Source of the DNA: Tissierellia bacterium
GTDB lineage: Bacteria; Bacillota; Clostridia; Tissierellales; Tissierellaceae
Assembly (NCBI GenBank): GCA_012735245.1
Contig: JAAYHU010000029.1
Span: forward strand, 2,327-66,326
Direction of reading: 5' to 3'
DNA length: 64,000 nucleotides
Of the stretch, positions 59,780 to 64,000 are shown in pieces (position 1 is the stretch's first letter; each line of letters begins with the position of its first letter). A model generated the notes under the pieces. The model was not told where the DNA came from and searched no databases. It saw nothing but the letters and a program-made list of their open reading frames with translations. The position numbers and the translations under genes are program-made.

Positions 59780-61840
59780 ATGGAACCTTTATCGACGAAT
59801 ATACAATATTTAAAGGGCGTTGGCCCTAAAAGGGCTTATAAGCTTAGAAAATTAGGCATTAATACCATAGAGGATTTACTATACTATATACCGAGGGATT
59901 ATGAAGATAGGACCCAGTTTAAAACCCTTAGAGAGTGCACAGTGGGAGAAAAGGCAAGTTTAGAAGTGGAAATCCTTGGAGAGCCAAAAATAATTAGGCC
60001 TAGGAAAAATCTATCAATACTAAAAATTCCAATTAGGGATATTTCTTATAATGGTTATCTAGTTTGGTTTAACCAGGAATATTTGAAGGATAAGTTTTTT
60101 ATTGGAGAAAAACTAGTTGTAAACGGAAAAATAAACAGGATGGGTGGAGAGCTGCAAATAGTTAATCCCATATATGAAAAAACTGGAGCAAGGGAGAAAA
60201 TTGGTAGAATAGTACCTATATACCCTTTAACTGAAGGTATAACTAATAATGAAATAATAAAACTAGTTCAAAGTGCGATGGAAAAATACTTAAATTACGT
60301 GGATGAATTTTTGCCACAGGAAATAATAAATAAGTATGATCTCATGGGAATAAAAGAGGCAATTTATAATGTACATTTTCCTAAAAATAAGTCCTTATTA
60401 GAAAAATCAAAAAGAAGACTTTCTTTCCAAGAGCTATTAGTTTTGCAAATGGGGCTTTTCTTACTAAAGAACAAAAATATCAATTCTAAAAATGGTATAA
60501 GGTTTAAAAAACTGGATGAAATAGATGAATTCATTGAAAATTTACCCTTTAAGCTTACTAGGGCCCAAAGGAAAGTAGTTAAAGAAATAGAGGAGGATAT
60601 GGAAAAGGATATTCAAATGAATAGATTAGTTCAAGGAGACGTAGGTTCAGGAAAGACTGTTGTAGCTGTCATAGCTATTTTTAAAGCAGTAAAGTCTGGT
60701 TATCAAGCTGTTATGATGGCTCCAACAGAAATACTGGCTACTCAGCATTTTGAATCCTTGAAGAAGTTTTATAAAGGATATGATATAGAAGTTGAACTCT
60801 TAATAGGTAGTGTTCCCCAAAAGAAGAAGGAGGAAATATTAGGAAGACTAAGGGAAGGAGCAATAGATGTACTAGTAGGCACCCATGCCATAATACAAGA
60901 TAATGTAGAATTTCATAATCTTGGCCTTGCCATAACAGATGAACAGCATAGGTTTGGAGTGAAACAAAGAGCATTGTTAACTCAAAAAGGCAGGAATCCT
61001 GATATTATTGTGATGACTGCCACTCCTATACCAAGAACCTTGGCTCTGATTTTATATGGGGACTTAGATATCTCCATTATCGATGAGCTACCTCCTGGTA
61101 GAAAGGAAATTGAAACTTATGCAGTAGGTCCACAAATGATTGAAAGGGTAAACAAATTTGTAGAAAAGCAAGTTTTAGAAGGTAGGCAAGCCTATATTGT
61201 ATGTCCTCTAATAGAAGAAAGTGATACTTTAACTGTTAAGGCAGCAGAGGACTTATATTTAAATTTTAGTGATAAGGTATTTCCAAGCTTTAGGGTAGGC
61301 CTACTTCATGGTAAGATGAAACCAAGAGAAAAGGATTTAATCATGGAAGAATTTAAAAACCATGAAATTGATATACTGGTATCCACCACAGTTATAGAAG
61401 TGGGAGTAAATGTACCTAATGCCAATATAATGGTGATTTACAATGCTGAAAGGTTTGGCTTAGCCCAGCTTCACCAACTTAGGGGCAGGGTTGGTAGGGG
61501 TAATTATCAGTCTTATTGTATATTAATAAATGAAAGTAACAATCCAATATCTAGGGAAAGAATGAGGATATTGCAAAGCACCACCGATGGTTTTGTAATT
61601 TCGGAAAAAGACTTAGAATTGAGGGGACCTGGTGAATTTTTTGGCACTAGACAACATGGATTACCAGAATTAAAGGTTGCCAACTTATTTACTGATATGG
61701 CTTTATTAAAACTAGCACAAAAAGAAGCAATGGAAATTATTTTAAAAGATCCCAAATTGGAGAAAATAGGATATGAAAAAATCAGACATAAAATTCAACA
61801 ATTATTTAGCAAAGCTGGTAAAGAAATAGTTTTCAATTAA
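59780..61840 (+). CDS. recG: ATP-dependent DNA helicase RecG
   Basis: Wedge domain N-terminus, GDVGSGKT, DEQHRFG, ..QLRGRVGRG... Confidence 0.95.
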   Translation: MEPLSTNIQYLKGVGPKRAYKLRKLGINTIEDLLYYIPRDYEDRTQFKTLRECTVGEKASLEVEILGEPKIIRPRKNLSILKIPIRDISYNGYLVWFNQEYLKDKFFIGEKLVVNGKINRMGGELQIVNPIYEKTGAREKIGRIVPIYPLTEGITNNEIIKLVQSAMEKYLNYVDEFLPQEIINKYDLMGIKEAIYNVHFPKNKSLLEKSKRRLSFQELLVLQMGLFLLKNKNINSKNGIRFKKLDEIDEFIENLPFKLTRAQRKVVKEIEEDMEKDIQMNRLVQGDVGSGKTVVAVIAIFKAVKSGYQAVMMAPTEILATQHFESLKKFYKGYDIEVELLIGSVPQKKKEEILGRLREGAIDVLVGTHAIIQDNVEFHNLGLAITDEQHRFGVKQRALLTQKGRNPDIIVMTATPIPRTLALILYGDLDISIIDELPPGRKEIETYAVGPQMIERVNKFVEKQVLEGRQAYIVCPLIEESDTLTVKAAEDLYLNFSDKVFPSFRVGLLHGKMKPREKDLIMEEFKNHEIDILVSTTVIEVGVNVPNANIMVIYNAERFGLAQLHQLRGRVGRGNYQSYCILINESNNPISRERMRILQSTTDGFVISEKDLELRGPGEFFGTRQHGLPELKVANLFTDMALLKLAQKEAMEIILKDPKLEKIGYEKIRHKIQQLFSKAGKEIVFN

Positions 61841-61903
61841 GACTATTCAAATATTGATAATTTATGGTAAAATACTATTGTATCAAGCATGAGGTGGAAA
61901 ACA

Positions 61904-62461
61904 TTGAGGGTTATATCAGGAATTAGAAAGGGACAACGCTTAAAATCTCCAAAGGGAACAAATATAAGACCAACGGAGGATAGAATCAAGGAATCAGTTT
62001 TTAATATACTAGGTGTTATAGATGAAGGAGCTATTGTATTAGATGGCTTTGGAGGGACTGGCTCCATAGGTATTGAATTTTTAAGTAGAGGTGCTGAATT
62101 TTGTTATTTTATTGATAATTCCACTGACAGTATTAGGTTAATTTATGAAAATTTGACCCGAACAAAATTCTTAGACCGAAGTAAGGTTATAAAAAAAGAC
62201 TTTCTTACAGCCATAAAACACCTAAAAGTGGAAGGAGTAAGCTTTAATTATATCTATCTAGATCCACCCTTTAGGCAAGATGGATATATAGATAAATTAT
62301 TACATAGTATCAGCAAAGAAGCTATTTTAGATGATGACGGACTGATTATAATTGAGCATGAATCTGAGCTTTCTACAGAAGATGAAGTATATAATTTTAT
62401 TAAAGTAGATTCTCGAAAATATGGGACTAAGACTATAACATTTTATAAGAAAAGTAGGTGA
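61904..62461 (+). CDS. rsmD: 16S rRNA (guanine966-N2)-methyltransferase RsmD
   Basis: (M)RVISGIRKGQRLKSP..RPT.DR.KES.FN..LDGFGGTGS..DPPF. TTG at 61904 follows GAGGTGG. The ATG at 61889 overlaps the RBS. Confidence 0.85.
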   Translation: MRVISGIRKGQRLKSPKGTNIRPTEDRIKESVFNILGVIDEGAIVLDGFGGTGSIGIEFLSRGAEFCYFIDNSTDSIRLIYENLTRTKFLDRSKVIKKDFLTAIKHLKVEGVSFNYIYLDPPFRQDGYIDKLLHSISKEAILDDDGLIIIEHESELSTEDEVYNFIKVDSRKYGTKTITFYKKSR

Positions 62462-62467
62462 AGCTTT

Positions 62468-62950
62468 ATGAATGCTATTTATCCTGGTAGTTTTGATCCT
62501 GTGACCTATGGTCATTTAGATATTATAGAAAGAGCTGCAAAAAAATTAGACCATTTAATAGTGGCAGTATTGAACAATCCATCTAAAAAAGGAATATTTA
62601 CTGTGGAAGAAAGGATAGACCTACTAGTTGAAGTAACTAAACATCTACCAAATGTGGAAATAGACTTTTTTTCAGGTTTGCTTTCAGATTATGCAGTTAA
62701 GAAAAATTGTTTTACTATGATTAGAGGTCTTAGGGCAGTTTCTGATTTTGAATATGAGATGCAAATGGCCTTAGTTAACAGAAAATTAAATCCTAAAATA
62801 GAGACTCTTTTCTTAGTGTCAGATAGTAAATATGCTTTTCTAAGCTCTAGTATAGTGAAGGAAATTGCTCAACTAAATGGGAATTTTTCTTGCTTTGTAC
62901 CAAAGGTTGTAGAAGAAGCCCTTAAGGACAAATTCAAAGGAGGTCTTTAG
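62468..62950 (+). CDS. coaD: Pantetheine-phosphate adenylyltransferase
   Basis: [32 protein letters not shown]. Confidence 0.95.
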   Translation: MNAIYPGSFDPVTYGHLDIIERAAKKLDHLIVAVLNNPSKKGIFTVEERIDLLVEVTKHLPNVEIDFFSGLLSDYAVKKNCFTMIRGLRAVSDFEYEMQMALVNRKLNPKIETLFLVSDSKYAFLSSSIVKEIAQLNGNFSCFVPKVVEEALKDKFKGGL

Positions 62951-62951
62951 A

Positions 62952-63395
62952 ATGGATATTTTAATGTTAATTGATGAAATAGAGGACATCATTGAAGCAG
63001 GAACTACTGTACCTTTCTCTGGTAAGGTGATGATAGATAAAGAAGAAGTATTGGAAATAATAAAGGAAATAAGAATAAAATTACCTGATGAAATTAAGCA
63101 GGCTGCTTGGATAAAGGAAGAAAGGCAGAGGATTTTGGCACAGGCTCAAAAAGATGCAGATACAATGCTAAAAGAAGCTGAATATAAGCTTGAAGAATTA
63201 ATAGAAGAACAGGAAGTAATAAAACTAGCAAATGCTAGGGCAGAGGAAATTATTTCTAAGGCCCAATCAAATGCAAAGGATATTAGATTAGGTGCTTTAG
63301 AATATGCTGACAGTATACTTGAAGAGACTCAGGAAAACCTAAAAAAACTTATTCAGGTATTAAATGACAATAGGAAGGAACTTAAGGGTAACTAA
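62952..63395 (+). CDS. Coiled-coil protein of unknown function (ATPase subunit H/b-like heptad repeats)
   Basis: 147 aa, Glu/Lys-rich helical sequence. GGAGG RBS, start 1 nt after the coaD stop. Confidence 0.6.
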   Translation: MDILMLIDEIEDIIEAGTTVPFSGKVMIDKEEVLEIIKEIRIKLPDEIKQAAWIKEERQRILAQAQKDADTMLKEAEYKLEELIEEQEVIKLANARAEEIISKAQSNAKDIRLGALEYADSILEETQENLKKLIQVLNDNRKELKGN

Positions 63396-64000
63396 CTTTT
63401 TGCTTTTGATGGTTTAGATAATAGGTATATAAAGATTGATACTAATAATATATATAGATTTAACATTAGGACAAGCTTTGTAGATTTTAACACCAGGGAA
63501 ATCCAATTAAATAAGTGAAATTCGCTATACAATTGTATATTGTTTGAAAAAGCAGGCTGTATATAATCACTAAATTTAAAAGTATATAGGACAAATCCAA
63601 GAATAGCGGACAATAATCCATGGAAAAACTTAGATGCAATATAAAGTTTTCCATTTAAATCTGTATTATTAATAAAGCTTAGGGCTTGACTATGAACAGA
63701 TATACCACTCCAACCTATTACAAAATTTATAGCTAAAATTTTATATAGGATATTTATATTAGCTTCAGCAATATTTTTACAGCCTGTAGTCATTTCAATA
63801 AAACCAACTATTACACCCTTTAAAAACTGAATGTCTGTAGAGAAAAAATTACTTATCTTTATTATAATATTATATATTAAATTTAAATTAAACAAGATCT
63901 CCACTAGTACTGAATAAAAAATAACTAAGCCACCAATTATTAATATAGAATCCATACTTTCTTTGACACTATTAGTTATCAAAGAACCTATGGATTTTTT
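63392..64000 (-). CDS. ylbJ: Sporulation integral membrane protein YlbJ (nucleoside-recognition-domain family), N-terminus beyond the window edge
   Basis: Polytopic membrane ORF open to base 64000. Convergent to rsmD-coaD as in Bacillus (ylbH-ylbI / ylbJ). Confidence 0.65.
   Translation of the reverse strand, partial: KKSIGSLITNSVKESMDSILIIGGLVIFYSVLVEILFNLNLIYNIIIKISNFFSTDIQFLKGVIVGFIEMTTGCKNIAEANINILYKILAINFVIGWSGISVHSQALSFINNTDLNGKLYIASKFFHGLLSAILGFVLYTFKFSDYIQPAFSNNIQLYSEFHLFNWISLVLKSTKLVLMLNLYILLVSIFIYLLSKPSKAKS

Overview
AT-rich, gene-dense chromosomal window from a spore-forming, low-GC Firmicute of Clostridia type (bofC, spoIID, spoIVA and ylbJ are present; RuvC is used rather than RecU). 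Almost everything is core housekeeping. The genes fall into blocks whose order matches, from my memory, well-known Bacillus/Clostridium neighbourhoods:
- ruvCAB-spoIID-queA-tgt-yajC, then recJ-rel-dtd-MBL-hemZ, then a T-box and aspS-tcdA
- glyA, then DUF512-der-plsY-gpsA-spoIVA
- yggS-sepF-yggT-ylmH-divIVA, then ylyA-lspA-rluD-pyrR
- rqcH / yicC-remA-gmk-rpoZ-coaBC-priA-def-fmt-Zn peptidase-rsmB-rlmN-stp-prkC-rsgA-rpe
- TPP riboswitch-thiT-thiN, rpmB, asp23-yloV-recG, rsmD-coaD, ylbJ

RNA and regulatory elements I can read directly are an Asp (GAC) T-box, a TPP riboswitch, one stand-alone tRNA-Pro(GGG), a MerR-type 19-bp-spacer promoter and about a dozen intrinsic terminators. I see no CRISPR array, IS element, prophage or recognisable defence or toxin system, and no clearly novel multi-gene system.

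The observations most worth a second look:
1. The essential GTPase gene der is interrupted by one in-frame TAG.
2. An FtsH-like AAA+/M41 protease gene is split by a -1 frame change at an A6 run. An SD-like element lies upstream and a hairpin downstream. It is also separated by a single in-frame TAA from an upstream ORF that looks like its own N-terminal membrane domain. All catalytic motifs remain intact.
3. A perfect 17-bp palindrome is built from the last codons of the convergent genes pyrR and rqcH.
4. A CsoR-family regulator lacks the canonical His ligand and is paired with an RseC-like protein.
5. A transporter-less HlyD-like protein and a small membrane protein head the sepF/divIVA cluster.

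All functional calls come from reading motifs in the supplied translations and from remembered family knowledge. No database search was run.
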